DNA of 64,000 bases, taken from contig NC_092679.1 in the NCBI RefSeq assembly GCF_964355755.1, positions 24,535,432 to 24,599,431 on the forward strand, in the 5' to 3' direction. The stretch comes from Antedon mediterranea (lineage: Eukaryota; Animalia; Echinodermata). The notes under the pieces are model-generated. The model was given only the letters and a program-made list of their open reading frames with translations. It searched no databases and was not told the DNA's origin. A program made the translations under genes and the position numbers. This document shows positions 1 to 15,300 of this stretch, piece after piece. Position 1 is the first letter of the stretch. The number at the start of each line of letters is the position of its first letter.

Positions 1-329
1 GACACGTTATCAATTGACCTAAAATCTTGATTTCATAAACTATTTAATGTCATAAAAATTAGCATAATGGCATTTATAAGAATGTTTTACAAAATAATAG
101 GATGCTTAAAAGTGCCATAAGATTGTTTGCTTATGGGTTACACACTCACCCTACAAATTAGAATTTGTCAAATTACAAATAATCTACAAAAAACTTTATT
201 TAAAAAGAAAATTTTTTCAAGTTCTGAAGAATTACATGACTGATAGTATTCTAAACACGCCATTGCAAATGTAATCATTTTAATAGTTGTTTTAATAATC
301 CTACAAAAAAATATACAAAATGTACAATG

Positions 330-3300
330 TTACATGTTGTAATCCTCGTCACTTGCGGTTTCACTCATACTCTCTGTTTCGCTAACACTTCCACCGTCTT
401 CCATCTCATCTCCATCCTCCTCATCATCCTCTTCCTCATCATCATCATCAACTTCATCATTGTCTTCATCACCAATTTCATTGTCATCCTCATCACTGCC
501 ACTGGCATCATCATCATCATCTCGATCATCATCATCTCGATCATTGTCATTCCTATCATTATCATCATCTTCACTCTGGCTTTCGCATTCTTCTTCACTG
601 ATACTTGTTATTACAGGAGGAGGAGGGGGAGGAGCTATATACACTGGTGGTGGAGCTGCAACTATGACTTGTTTGTTCTGTTTGTTCTGCTGAGCATTCT
701 GTTTTACTTTGGTTGAGTGACTCTTCATGTGTGCACTTCGACTCTTTACCTTATAAAACACTCTGCAAAAAAAGTATTGAAAATACAAAATAATGAACAT
801 CTTCTTAAACTATAAACAATAGTATATTTAAAAAAAATTATGAATAAAGGTTTAAGTTTGATAGCAGAACATGAAACACTATTTAATAATTACCACTAGT
901 GAAGATTTCAACTTTTAAAAAAAGTAGGCTAAAAAGTCAACACTATCAAACTTTGTGTGACAAAAAAATGTAATGTGCTCATATATGGACATGATGATGT
1001 CATATCACTACCATATTTAGGCATATCACACTTTTTTTTGTCAAACTAGTTTGACAGAGCTTAACTTTGTTACTCACTTGCCACAAATCTTGCATGGAAA
1101 TTCTTCTTGTACAGGAGGTTGTACTACCACTGGTTGTGGTGCAGGGCGAAGGGTCTCTTCACTGCTATCACTAGAGGTCGTTGACATTGGTGAAGGACTC
1201 CTCCTGGAAGCTCTTGTACTAGTTCGGTTATTAGATCCGCCATGTACTCGAATATGTCCATTCAGGGCCTGTTTAGACTTGAATGACTGAAGGTTAATAG
1301 AGAGATCATTGCTTTATAACCAAAACAAATCACAATGTGTTGACACTGGACACAAATTCACGACTGTGTTAAATGGCTTAGCTACACTCTATATTTGATC
1401 TCACATTGCTCCTGTTTTTGTTGTCAAGATAGTGCCGTTAATTTATTTACATACTATTTAACCACCATGTGACCTCCATCCACCCATATACTGTATACAC
1501 TGTATAATTATGTTAAGTTAACTGTTTAACTTCAGTTGTAGTGGAAAATAAACGAAAACAGAATTTTCCCTTGAAGCAGAAATATGCCCTGGATAGAATA
1601 ATAGAATACTCACCGCTGTGCATCCAGCATAGGTACAGTTGAACAGGCCATTTGTATCCGCCTTGCTATCCTGATTATTGGAAGAGTGTGGAACATGATT
1701 ATTGGACCTATCATTGCCCCCTCCTCTATAATACTTATTGGGTCTATACTCTTTGAAAGGGACGTAATCAATGAAAATTTCACCCGGCATCAGATCCTGT
1801 GGAAAGGTTGGAGAGAAAAAAGGGACAAGACTGTAGGTTAGTAGAATGCTCACAAACAGAAGCAGACGAATAGTAAGTCTAAATGACACAGTGCAACGGC
1901 ATGAAGCAAGTACACCGCAAACAGACATATACAAACTATATTGCGTCTATATATTTACGTATAATTATATTCAAAAATAAAAAATTCACTCTTTCATCTC
2001 TCAGCTCAATTTTGTTTTACATGTCTTTAGCTTTTAAGGAGAAATATTGGAAAAAATGTTTAAAATAAAATATATTAGCCAAAAAATAAATTTACAATTC
2101 ATATAATTGTATTATGTATATATATTCATATTAGTATTGTTTTATATATTTTGTCATTTTCAAGAGGGCCCCTGAATATCAGCTGGCCTGCGGGTTCAGC
2201 TGGAAGGGTTACCCTCTATAAATAAAGTTGAAATAAAAATTTAAAAAAATGTTGACAATTTTATAGATAAAATAAATTGTATAGATAAAATTATAAACAG
2301 TTAATTGTATACAGTACAATTGTTAATGTCTGCCTATAAAATAGAATCTATAATATTGAAGTATTATAGACTTGCGATTTAAACAGGCTATTGTTGCTGG
2401 TATACAACATGTCTGTAACAAATAAAAATATTATGGTTAGGAGTTGCAAAGGCTTTTATCAAAATGCAATATTAAATTAAAGATATATTGTACCCTTGAA
2501 AAAAAATTTATTTTTTGAATATGTAATTTTAATGTCATAATACTGTAGTTATTCACTTTGATAAAAAAAATTGGATCGAAAAAAACAATTATTTACCTGA
2601 CAAAATTTGTAATTTTAAGCAAAAAAATATTCAAATTTCAAACAATAGGTTTTAGTTACAGTATACATTTAAACGTTTCTTTCGAAATCACTTTTGTTTG
2701 TTTTTTTTTTGTTTCTACGCAAGTGAATAAACTGCAAAATGGCCTATTGAAAGTCTGATATAATTTATCATCATTTTAAATGTCTCTGGGGAACAATGCA
2801 TCTTTAAAAAATGAAAGAAATAGGGTTTAAAATAAATATGAGAAGAAAACAAATCCTAAAAATGTACCAATAACCAACTTAGGAAGGTGTAATATGGAAT
2901 GATTAAGTTGAATGATTCATGATGTCTAAATCTAAATTGATTTCCGAATGACTTCAACATTACAATTTAATATTTATTTTATAAGATTTAGTTTGATAAA
3001 TGAACAAAATGTTATGCCAATGAATTTCACAGGACTGGTTAAAACATGTGGTATTTGAATTTTATTCTATTTCAGAAGTAAAATACAATAATTTGGCAAG
3101 TTCAATTATCAGAATAATTGGGGTTTTTCACATTCATTATTAAATTCAAATATATACTACTACAGTTAGTAAATAGCAAAACAAAATTAGTTTTTAGTTC
3201 ATACAGTAATTCTACTTGTACTATACTATTAATGTTAGTAATTTTTTTTAAAGAAAAATAGCACAAACAAAAAAGTGACACACACATCAAGGAGTACACA

Positions 3301-6300
3301 GGGTACAGACCCCTAGTATTGCAAAATGAAAAGAGGGGTAGTAGGTGTTGGACAGCATGCTGCCTCTTATGCAAATGCTGCTGTAGGTGTAATCAAGCAT
3401 GAAGTATGACAATTCAATCAACATACACTATTTTCAGTAATAAAACATTCAGTATTTTCATAATAGGAACTTGTTCATGATTTTACATTTTGCTATCTTT
3501 TTTATACATAATTAATGTACTGCATTATACAATAGGAAGCAATTGGTGTTCTAATAATTAAATTAATATGTAAAATAAACCCAATGCCTTAAACGAACTT
3601 GCAGTCAGGTGAAATGTTAACTTTCCCATCCAATTAAATATTACAAAAGCATGATATACAGTCCAATATAAAATAAGACGTACTTCACTGTAGGTTTTGT
3701 TTACGTTTTCTAACATTTTATTGCATAATTTATAAGTTATATTTTAAAAAAAACATCAACATAATATAATTTTGAAAATACTGAATAAATGGCAATATAA
3801 ATTGTATTTTTCTTTAAACAAAATTATACTTACACACTCCATCAATCTTGTCTCGTCAGTTGGATTGACGTTACTATGGTGGCAAAATTTCTGCATTTCA
3901 GCGTTATACGGATAAAGTTTCTTCCAGCGGTAGTAATACTCAACAAGATCCTTGACGGTCTTAGTTGGAACCTAAAGTTAAATAACATCTTTCTAATATA
4001 TTGCAATTTGAACTAACTACTATCGTTAATCCAACAGCGTAAAATGTCAACTGCGTGTATTATAAGATCCACTAAAGTCACTACCAACTATACATAACCA
4101 CCGAATTGAAGTGTATTTATTATTTAAGAGGGTTCAATCTTAATCCACAAACACCTAGTAATTCTTGATTGTGTACATTCTTTCTAATCACTCTCCTACA
4201 ATACAGGCACAATTAGTGATTGTATGAATGTGGATGGATAAATGAATGAAATGCAAGTTGGTCATTTAAAAAAGAAAAAGTGATATGCCCATATATGGAC
4301 ATGATGATGTCATATCACTACCATATTTGGGTATATCACTACCATTTTGCGCACATCACACTAGTTTGATTTTACTTACACATTTGCCTATTTCAAAAAA
4401 GTCTTTTCCCTTAGATTTGTAGCCATCCCTGAATGCCTTGCGTTCTTGTAAATTCCATCTTTCAGGAACTAGAAAAATTAAATATATTACACTTTCTGTA
4501 TATTTGTTACAATTTCCTGTTCAGTTTACAAAACAAATCTCGTAAAGAAGGCCATTCCGAAAAGAAGAAGAGTTTTATGGTATATTAATAGCTTGTTATA
4601 CACACTTGTTAGTTAAAAGTAAACTTACAGTCATATCTATAATCCTGGCAGTTATCCGCCATCCCTCTGGGTACCTTAGCATCTTGCGACATCAGCATCA
4701 ATAATGCAAGCTACAATAAAACAAATGAAAGAAAATTGAATACAAACAATACCTAGACTACAACGTTTTGCAAATGCTCTGTCTGCTTTCCAAATAAACT
4801 GTTGTTAGATTTGGTGTTGGCTAGGGCTCCTCTTGTTTCCCTAGGCCTGAATAATATCATAATGAATTATGTGAAAGGTTGTGTCTGTTCTAATCCATGT
4901 TTCTTTTTGTAAAATGTGGTTGGGTGTGTGTGTTGTATGATCGATAAGAAAATGTAGCAATATGACTGACCTCCATGTCACCCTTGGCCCTAGCAAGACA
5001 GTGGTAAGCATACTCTAAGTTTCTAGCAGCTCCGGGTATAGCACCTGATGTTGCAAACTCTACAAAACTGTTGACTAAATGAAAGAAGAAGACAGTATTA
5101 TTAGACACACACCTAAATAGATTCTTGTCATTGGATGATTTTGGGTCACATGGTGTTTGATAGATGATACGACATCCTTATTAAGGGGACACTGGTGGGT
5201 GCCGAAATTTCCCCTTAATAGGGTTCTACTGCACTTCATTATAAATAATATAAAATAATATGAGCTATTATCAAATAATATTCTGTCATAATTACATTCA
5301 TTTTCTGCATACAAGTGTTCATATTGTGGAGACCACATCAGAGTTCCTTCTCTAGGGTCAGGGCCGTAATCCATATAACTTTTGCTTCCTAGTAAAACAA
5401 AATAAAAAGAAATTGTTTGATAAATATTGATCTCTTTTGTTTATATCTTAATTATCTTTCTCATAAAAATCATTATTGTATCTTTTCAATAATTCACTCA
5501 AACAAAAACACATAAAGCAGCAATTCCTTACATAAGACATCCAACATTACATTGTAGAAAAAAAAATTACAATTGAATACAGCATTGTAGTAAAAGTAGT
5601 GAAGTACTTACTACATGGAGGCATCACTGCTTGGTAATCTGTTCCTACATTAATATGCCTGCAAAGATAAAGATTGTGGTACACATAAAAAACACAGTTT
5701 TTGTTTGGGTTTCCTAAATGCCTTCTAGATGTTGGTACTACTAGATGTCTTGAAACATTTCGGTAATAAAATTTAACAGATGATTTCAATCGTTTTGTAT
5801 TTTATATCGGACGGAACTTACGGTTCAGAGTATAAAAATTCTGTAGCCTCTTCACTGCTGCTACCTAGGAGAGAAAAAACATGTTAGAATATAAAAACAT
5901 GTAATGCTCCCAACTCATGATTACCCATGTAGTTGTCACCCTTTTATATACTATTTAGTGGAAATATGCAGTTGTGGTTTCTCATTGGTTATATTGTACA
6001 CTAAATGTTTAACCAGTAATGATAGGTAGTATACAATACAACACTCGCAACAAAAACAAAACGTATTCCTCTCCACTATGAATACCATACTAGTACAGTA
6101 GTACCAACAATAAAACGTGTTCCTCTCCACTATGAATACCATACTAGTACAGTAGTACCAATGTAACGTATTCCTCTCTACTATGAATACCATACTAGTA
6201 CAGTAGTACCAACAATGTAACGTATTCCTCTCCACTATGAATACCATACTAGTACAGTAGTACCAACAATGTAACGTATTCCTCTCCACTATGAATACCA

Positions 6301-9300
6301 TACTAGTACAGTAATACCAACAATGTACCTTCTTTAATTTTGTTTTTATAAATAAATAATTTCATTTTTAAATGGTAACATAATATATTTCAGATATTTA
6401 GCTAATTATATTCTAAATGCTTGATTGTAATCAAATATAAGACATTCAACAAACATATAATTTGTGAACTATTGATAAAATAGTTACGAGTATACACTAT
6501 ATTTGTACCCACCTGTACTTCGCCTGTGGAGCTGAATCATGCTTGGTGTTTTTGGCGTGGTAGCTGGTACAGGAAGCGGTACAGTAACATTATTGAAGTA
6601 CAAACCAGAACCACTACGAATGGGACTTAGCATTGGTGGTGGTGTATATGGTGGTGGAGTACTTGACTTGCTTCCATAGAACATGGTTCCAAGATCACGA
6701 GGAGACCTCATTTGACTAGCAAAGGTTCCAGGAAGTAAAACTCCAGAAGTTGTGTTCACACAGGGTGGAATAATTAAAGGGGATGGCCTTGGTTTTTTCT
6801 TTGGATTTTTTACCTCTGTCGGTTTTTGAAAAATTATATCGTCTTTCTTTTTTTCCGGTTCTTCGGGCTCAGCCTTTGTAGTGGTGACGTGAGGTAAAAC
6901 AGGGGAGATGGCTTTAAGTACTGGTGGGCCTAAATCTTCATGTTTTCGTTTCACAGTGGCACGCAATACATCCTCGTTTACGTTAAGTATGTTTTCTTGT
7001 TTCACTGATGTCTCCGGTAAAATATTATTATGAGTAACACTCATGATGGTGCTCATTGGTTGCATTGGAGGTAAACGAGTGTTTTGCATCAGACTCTCAA
7101 GACTCAATGGTAGATTTGGTACAGGAATGCTAGATGCTATGGAAGTCTGATTATAAGAAATTGGAAGGTGTGACGGGTCTTGCATGTTTAATTGTCCAGT
7201 TGAAAAATTAGATGTGTTCAGGTTTTGCGAAACAAGTCCTACACCGATTCGCGGCAAAGTAGGGGGTGGCAACCTTGGCATTGAAAACTGTGATGCGCAT
7301 CGTCCAGACATTGATACAGCCCAACTGTTGGGTTTCCCACCTGGGTACGGATATGACGAATTTGTGTCCAAAGTTCTACTAATTCCAGGTGGTGCTTGGA
7401 AGTAGTTTCCTATATTAGCACTTTGGTTTAAACTAGGTACTGTTACAGTACTAGCATCGCTTTGAATTGCTCTGTACTCCGACATGGTAGAAACCGGCAT
7501 AGTGCCAGTTGCACCCGTTTCTACTTGAGATGCCCGTGGAACTATCGTTGCACTAGCTGTAGTAAGCCCAATTCGTCTAGTATTGTTATAACCTCCATGT
7601 AACCGCATATGTCCATTTAAAGCTGGCATACTTTTGAATTTTCTCTTGCATATTGAGCATTCTACTGGCTGTCTTTTATCCAACACTTTATCGATCCTAA
7701 AACAATGACGAAAAAATAAGTAAAAAGTTTGGATTTTTTAATATTTCATTTGATTTATACATTTATATATTTTATTTATGATGATTTGTAAATACAGTGA
7801 AGTAGAGATGCCTTTTTCAATAAAATATTTAAGGACATTAAACAGTTTAATCACTTTCAAATATCCAAAAATTAGCAAATACCAATAGAGTTAAAAATAA
7901 AATAATGCACCATATTATTTCTAAATAGTAATCATAATATAATTATTAACTTACATCCTGTTTGGAAAGGTTGGGATTTTTGCCCTATCACCTGGTAATT
8001 CAAATCGAGTCATCTGCCCGAAATTACTTCTTGGTGGTAGAACCATCGACGGCAACGATATACCTGTCAAAGTATTCACACCAGATGTCATCGTCTGCTG
8101 CAAGAATGATGGGGCCGTCATGCTTTGGTTCTGTTGAGGAGGAGACAATGGCTGATTTGGTGACACGTCTTGACCGGTGAACTGGCTACCCTGGTTTCCA
8201 CCTTGACCATGCTGATGAGCTGCTGTTTGAGCCAGAAACTGTAGCCTAGCACTAGAACTATCCCCATTACCAGTCTGAACTATTTGATCACTGTTTAATG
8301 TGTCCATAGTGTTTAAAAAGTCTGAGATCACTTCAGATGATGTGATACTGTTCTTTTGAGATTCTTGTTGAGTGGCTTGCGCAACAGCTGCAGCCTCGGC
8401 CTGCGCAAGTACCTCATCCTTTTCATCGCCAGAAAAATGCATATTGTCTTCCATAACTAAGCCATGATGTTGAGATTCAAAATGTCTTCTAAGTGACCTT
8501 ATATCGCAGTAAGACTTTCCACAATTGTTCACTATGCATTCATACGGTTTTTTGGTGCGGTGCGTTAGTAAATGTCCGGTACTGAAAGAAATTTAAAACA
8601 AATTCTCAAAATTAGTTACTATTTAGTAATCTCAAAACACAATCTTCAAAAAGTAATTCATAATAACCCAAAATAGTTCACAAATACTGTACATAATAAA
8701 TTTCAAACAAAATTGATTTTGAATTTCTGAAAAAAAAACATCATTTGTAGACAGGCTTCCTAATAATTATTTTGTTTACAGTGGGTGTGGGGAAGCTAGG
8801 GCATTAAAAAGGTAGTACTTGAACCTTGGCCGCAGAGTGCGAGAATTATACTAGGATGGTGAACACTAACTGACATTAGGACTTTTATGTTTTGCATGTG
8901 GGTGTTTCCATAAATTAAGGGGCCAGTGGGTATTTTAGTATTGGTGATAGTTAGTTTGCTGTTTACTCTAAATTGGTAATAGTTATTTAAAAAATGATTT
9001 TATCATATGATAGAACAATAATATGGGTTAATACTATTACATGTTGGAAAAAAAAAATTGCAAAAAAAAACGATTTTTAAAAAAAATATATCGTGGTGTC
9101 TAGCTCATTTTATTAAAATATGTGTGACATTTAAATACACTGACATATCAGAGTTTAAAAAATATACTACAGCAATAGTTATTTTGTATTTATTTATCAT
9201 CACAATAGAGTACAAAGCAACGTTAAATATAAGCTAATTACAATTTCCCACGATTTTTTGTTTTCCACACAACGGTCCGCGACGTCCAGCATCACAACGT

Positions 9301-12300
9301 AACATTTCGTGTCTCACTTTGTTACGTTGTTAGTACGATCTTTATTAGTGAACAGACACAAGAAGTACCACTATAATGACGAAAATCGAATTACATTCAC
9401 TACAACAGATCACTGAAATTTACCTTACACAATGTTCTACAAAATGGCGATTTTATTTAGTCAGTTACAGACGAAAAACTATTTTTTTAGAACATTTCGT
9501 GTCTCGTATATTCGTTACGTAGTTATTCATAGACCATCGGTGGTAAACGCCGCGAGAGCTATTTCTGAAGTTGAAGGTCACGTGATTCAAGAAGCAGGCG
9601 AACTAAAGTCTCGGCGAAAAAATCATCGCTAGGATCCGCGCTAATTTCGAGTTACAGCGGTAGAGACTTTTCGTGTCCCTCTGTTACGTTGTTTCAACTG
9701 TTACGTTGTAAATAACTTCTACGCGCTTCATTGCATGTAAGTTTTGTGTATTTTTATTTTGTTAGTTTTTAGAATTTAGAAAATAGTGGGTTATAATGAA
9801 AAATACAAGAAAATTAAACGCCAAAACTATCTTCGTACTCTACGTCAACATCATAGTCAAAAACTGGGTGTCGTATACACAATGAGACACGGTTACGTTG
9901 GTAGTTTGTTGATACTATATAGTTGATATTTGTTTTAATGTGGTAGGAATGTTGTTTATCTCATAGCAGCTTCATAATGTATACCCAATGAACAGATATG
10001 TCTATAATTGATTAATATTTAACAAATTAATGAGCAAAATTGCAAAACATTTTCCACTAGGCAGGTTACAGCGTAACATCGTAGAAGATACGCCGTGTCT
10101 TGTTACGTAGTGTACTAGACCTTATACTGGTGTAGTATTTTGCAAATAATTAGCAATTAGTTACCATAAAATCTTTAAATTTTACATTATGTGTTTGCTA
10201 TTTGGTTATTGCTTCTATATGACACAGAAAAATAAAAATTTATTTAATTATTGTCACAAGAAATAGGGATAAAAGTCCATAGTTTACAACCACTTTCAGA
10301 ATAAAAACAAATTCGTCGTTTTTGACTATTCTATTTGTTACAGTAGGAAAAAAAAGAATTGTATTTGGTTCATTTCAGTTATAATAAAAAACATATTACA
10401 CAAAATAATGTGTAATATTAGTACATAATTTTGTTTATTTATTTAACGTTGCTATTCGACAAGATAAAATATGAATTAAATGTTTACTATAATATACATT
10501 TAAAATACCCTCCACTATAGTGAGCGAGTCCAAGCAACTTGGTTGTCGCGTATGCGCGCCTATCATATTTGGGCGATTTCACTTGATGTGTAGGGAATAT
10601 TTAACTTGTTTCAATTACAATCTACGGAAGATATACTAAGGTTTTATAAATTTAATAATAATTAATAACTTTATTTAAATTGATAAAAACAATTACATAT
10701 AATATAAACGCAAGGCTGTGGATAACAATTTATTATGAACGAAATCAAATCAAAACAACAAAGAACAATAGGTTCTCCTAATAGTAATAGGATAGTATTA
10801 CCACGTGCTTGGGCAATGAACTCTGCTCCACATTGCGATAAGTTTATTTTTAGCTGGCTCGGCGACTCCGAAGCTGAAAGGGGTGACTGGTATTTCTACA
10901 GGTCTGTACGATAATTATTAAGGGTTTTCCGAAATATCACGTGCTTGGCTAATGAGCTCTCCTCCACATTGAGATCGCGTTTATTTTTTAGCTGACTCGG
11001 CGACTCCGGCGGTATTTCTACAGCGAGAGTGTATATACTCCATGTACGATGATTATTAATAGGGTTTTCCGAAACACCACGTGCTTGGCTAATAAAATTC
11101 TCCTCCAAATTGAGATCGCGTTTATTTTTAGCTGTTCAGTTTGATGGACCTTTATTTTTTAATTTTTATTGAAAACCAACGTGATTGCTGGCTCGGCGAC
11201 TCCCGGTGCTCAAATTGGGTGACTGGTATTATTTCGGTCATGGTTCGGTGAACCTTTATTTTGTTGGCCAAAACCCACATGCTTGCTTCGTCGGCTCCCT
11301 ACAAAGAGATCGCGCTTAGTTTAATGGGGAACCTTTATTTACTCTTCGTTTTAAATATATTCCATAGACTTCAACATTATAACTAGTCTACTGTTTTCCC
11401 CGATGTGGTTTAAAAACAATTATAAAAGAATGAGAAATAAAGTCAACAGACATTTTACAACATTTAAAAATAATACGTAAAAAACATTTATACCCAGTAT
11501 AACTAAGACAAAATTATCAGTAACATATTAATTTTATTATAATAATAAAATGATAATAATAAATATTTGATGAATAAAATTAATATTTTAAACTAATAAT
11601 CTGAAAAGAAAGCAATAGTTTTAGTCAAATCAATTTATGAGCATAACTCAAGAAAGACAAATATATACAGTGTTCATTTATTGTTTTATAATTAATAATA
11701 ATAAATATTATAATCCATCAACATAAGATAAGAAAACACTTTCTTTAGTATAGTAGGCCTAACATATTTTATAATAATAATAGATATATTTATTTTTATT
11801 TAAATTGGTATAATTTATATTAAAAATACTTAATTATATACTTTATATTTCTATATGATGATGAATCAAATTTAACCCAGATGGGCAAATCTAATGTTTC
11901 ATTGTCATTTTTTTCATCTATACAGATCAGCAGTTTATCAACAATGTTACCGTTCCAATTGAGAACTGCATTTAACCCCAAAAATAGAGATGCCGCATCA
12001 ACAAAAAGACCAACCAAAGAAACATCAGCCCACAGACGGTTCTCGAATATACAGTAATTTCAGCGTAAAAAAAAATTACATAACTGAAATTAAATTATTA
12101 AACAGGGTTACATCAGGTGGTTAAAATCAGCACTGAAAGTACGAACCAACTTTATATACCATTGAGTAAACATTTTAGAAGTAATGCGCGATTTACCAAA
12201 TTTTTCCCTCACGTAAATTTATATAGATTATACGTTTTAATGATTGAACAAGAGTGTTAATGCGAAGTATATCCAAATGTATTCTCAATGATTTTACTGT

Positions 12301-15300
12301 AAATGACTATTAATAGTATATTTTAGCAGTTTGTTGTGTGCAGTAGTAATTACAGTTGTCACACTTTAAAAATAATGTAGTAGTTCTTGTTGACTTATTT
12401 AAGTGAACTATTTGGTGTCTCTGTTACACGTGAAAACTTCAATTTTTTATTGCATGAATTATATTGTTTTATTGATTAAAAGATAGTATTTGATATACTA
12501 TTTTTACCAGTTTATCAATTGTATGCAGTAGTAACCACATTTGTTACACTTTAAAAATGGCTGCATGTCAAAACCATTTCATAAAACATTGTGACGAGTT
12601 AAAGTGAACATTTGGTGTCTCCGTTACACGTGAAATCTTCCATTTATATTTCATGAACCATATTGTTTTATTTCCACATGGAGGTATGATCCTGATTTGA
12701 CTTGTTGCTAGTAAATGTATATACTTGAGGTATATTCTGTTCATTTCTGTATTGTTTACATGTAATTTTTAAACAGCAGTGACTTTACAAATCTTTTATA
12801 TAGAAATTAAGTCAACTTTAACGGCTTTGCATAATTATTTCATAAGCTATTTTTTAAATTTGAAAAGGTGTGATTTAAATAATATTTTTCTGCATTGAAG
12901 ATGTTCCCAAAAGCTATTTAAAAATCCAATTTAAACAGTTTTAGGTTATTAATAATAACTTATAAGAGGGGTAGATAATGTGATTTTGGTGTCTCCGTTA
13001 CACGTGAAATTTGCTATGCATGTTGATACTATATAAATGCTGTTACATAGAGACAACAGATTTAATGTGTATTTTGCTTCTTTTTTTTAGTTCAAGTACA
13101 TGATATACTATTTAGAATTGATTATTAGACTTAGAATGTCACACTTTGAAATTCTGACCCTAATGTCACACCTTGGCCCCTTTATTTATGGAAACACCCA
13201 TGTACACTAAGTACATTAAGTAGACTTCAACATCATGTGATACAAAATTAAACCACTTAGTTTTAAAATAAGGATACACTGTGTTCAATTCATTCTATTC
13301 ATCATTAGTATAAGCATCTAACCTTTAAAATATTTAATAAACTATTTTAATTATTTATAGAAATAGTTGACGTTAGATTTGTTTACATTTTCCTTCTGTA
13401 ACTTTATCAACAATTGTAATGTAGATTCTAATGTCAGCGATTAAACATTACAAAGTTACTAAATTGTTACTAATTTTGAGGAGGACAGAACACAATTCAT
13501 TGCAGGTCATTGGGTGTTTGAAAACATTTTGAATGTATTCACCTCTTATTATTGCCAACAATACTATACCTACAGTAAACAATCCTAGTATAACCCACCT
13601 TGAGCAATGTCCTGAATACAACATGTTATTTATGCCTTTCATAATTTTAGAACAGTACTGCATGTCCACTCTATAAATCTGCACTAGCTAACAGTAATCA
13701 TATTTCATTCAATAGTAAAATACAACACAACTACTGTACATCAACCACCAGTATAATTTCAACAATTGGCTTATTGTACTGACAGACTTGGAATAACTAT
13801 TCAAAGTGTAGTGCAAAAGACTCTGAATGAATGATAACACTTCCTCTAGAAGAATACCTTAGCCGACAATTATTTCCTACTTTCCTATTGAACAAGGCAA
13901 CCATTACAAAGTATTTAACCTTTGACCTTCAAATAAAATAATTATTTAACAGAATTATTTACTTTCTGTTCAGAGACTTGGATAGATTGTCACTCTTAGG
14001 CAATATTAAATCTTTAAAGTTTTTAAAGATTTAGGAACCTATTTGAATTTTTAATGGTAAATACCAAAAGATATGACGTTTACTAAATAGCATTGAAGCA
14101 TACAAAAAAAGATATTGACTGAAATTGACAATATGCAAAATAGGACTTGGAACAACATGCTAGATAATAACAATGACCTTACACGTCATGCTTCAGTAGA
14201 TACTGGCTGACTGTAACTGCATAAAAACTACCAAAGTATTGTCAACACCAAGTGAGCAAGTAAAATAACTGACAAACGATCTACTAAATTTAAAACTCCA
14301 ATGGGACTCTGCGTCATGGGTTACCAACCAGAGAGATTTTAAATGTGTGACATTTGGCATGGGGAGGGTGGTTGCAGGAGGTATGCTATAGGCTCAAGGG
14401 AAAAGCCTGATGGATGCCAAGTGGGTGATTCCCCTTGCACTCAAACACTTGAAATTTGGTACAGTTGTAGAGCTTTTATCAGGGAGTGTGGTCTTTAAAA
14501 TTAAAAAGCAAATGCATTGATTTTCTCCTGTAATTTTTGTTTCACCAAAGTGTGCATACACAAACTCTCGGCTATTGCTGCTGCTAGAGAGAGGGCCATT
14601 ACACAGTACAATAAAGGTCAATTTGTGAATAAGGTACTGCACTCAAAACAAATCACCAATAATCGTGAATATAAAAGTGCAGTCCGAACATTAGAATACT
14701 AGTGAACAAACCATAAAATAGTTTTTCAAAGTTTTGCTGTAGCATAACAACAGCATCCTGCCATTTAACTATGTCGGAAGTGGAACTATCTGTTATTTTG
14801 CATGCCACTTGAAATCAAATAAAAAATATAGTTGTATCTTTAATGATTAATTTATAAGTACTTCTGATTCTGTACTGTTGTTTTTGTGTGTTTATTTGTG
14901 ATCTGTATATGATTAAGTATTCGCCCCTCTCGTCATTTTGGGCTTCATGATATCATAAATAAATAATGTACATTATGAATAATTTCTCCACAAAAATGCT
15001 TGCTATGCTAGTTGTCTCATATTGCTAATTATTTATAATTATATAAGCAACAAAGGTTTGCTACAAAAAATGCTAGTGGATAAAAACAAATTCTATCCCT
15101 CACCACAATTGAATTAACGGCAACCAAGTATGTTCCTAATACTTGATGTGAAGCAGCTATATACCACAATAGAACATACAGGAAACTTGCTCCGGAAGTA
15201 ACAAGGTCATCAAAATTGAATTTTTAACAAAACTGGTAATTCATATTAATGATCTCTTACCGTCATGGGAATACCAAAGAAATCCTATTTATCACTTTAT

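Noticed and set aside
327-716. Ile-, Met- and Ser-rich ORFs (327-716 +, 365-598 -, 460-693 +)
   Set aside because: Shadow frames of the GAT-rich acidic last exon of the MIDEAS/TRERF1-like gene.
982-1030. Box C-like ATGATGA in two introns (also ~4300), suggesting snoRNAs
   Set aside because: Antisense to the host gene, no box D CTGA at a suitable distance, and embedded in a palindromic MITE.
5951-6327. Cys/His-rich repetitive ORF or CRISPR-like array (also 15249-15672)
   Set aside because: Head-to-tail minisatellites with no unique spacers, located in eukaryotic introns.
11820-12017. 65-aa ORF inside the Sola-like element as possible cargo
   Set aside because: No ATG start, no recognisable domain, and an upstream in-frame stop; cannot be supported without BLAST.
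13448-13684. Hydrophobic ORF with a phase-compatible donor at 13599 (alternative first coding exon?)
   Set aside because: No homology or promoter evidence; such donors occur by chance.
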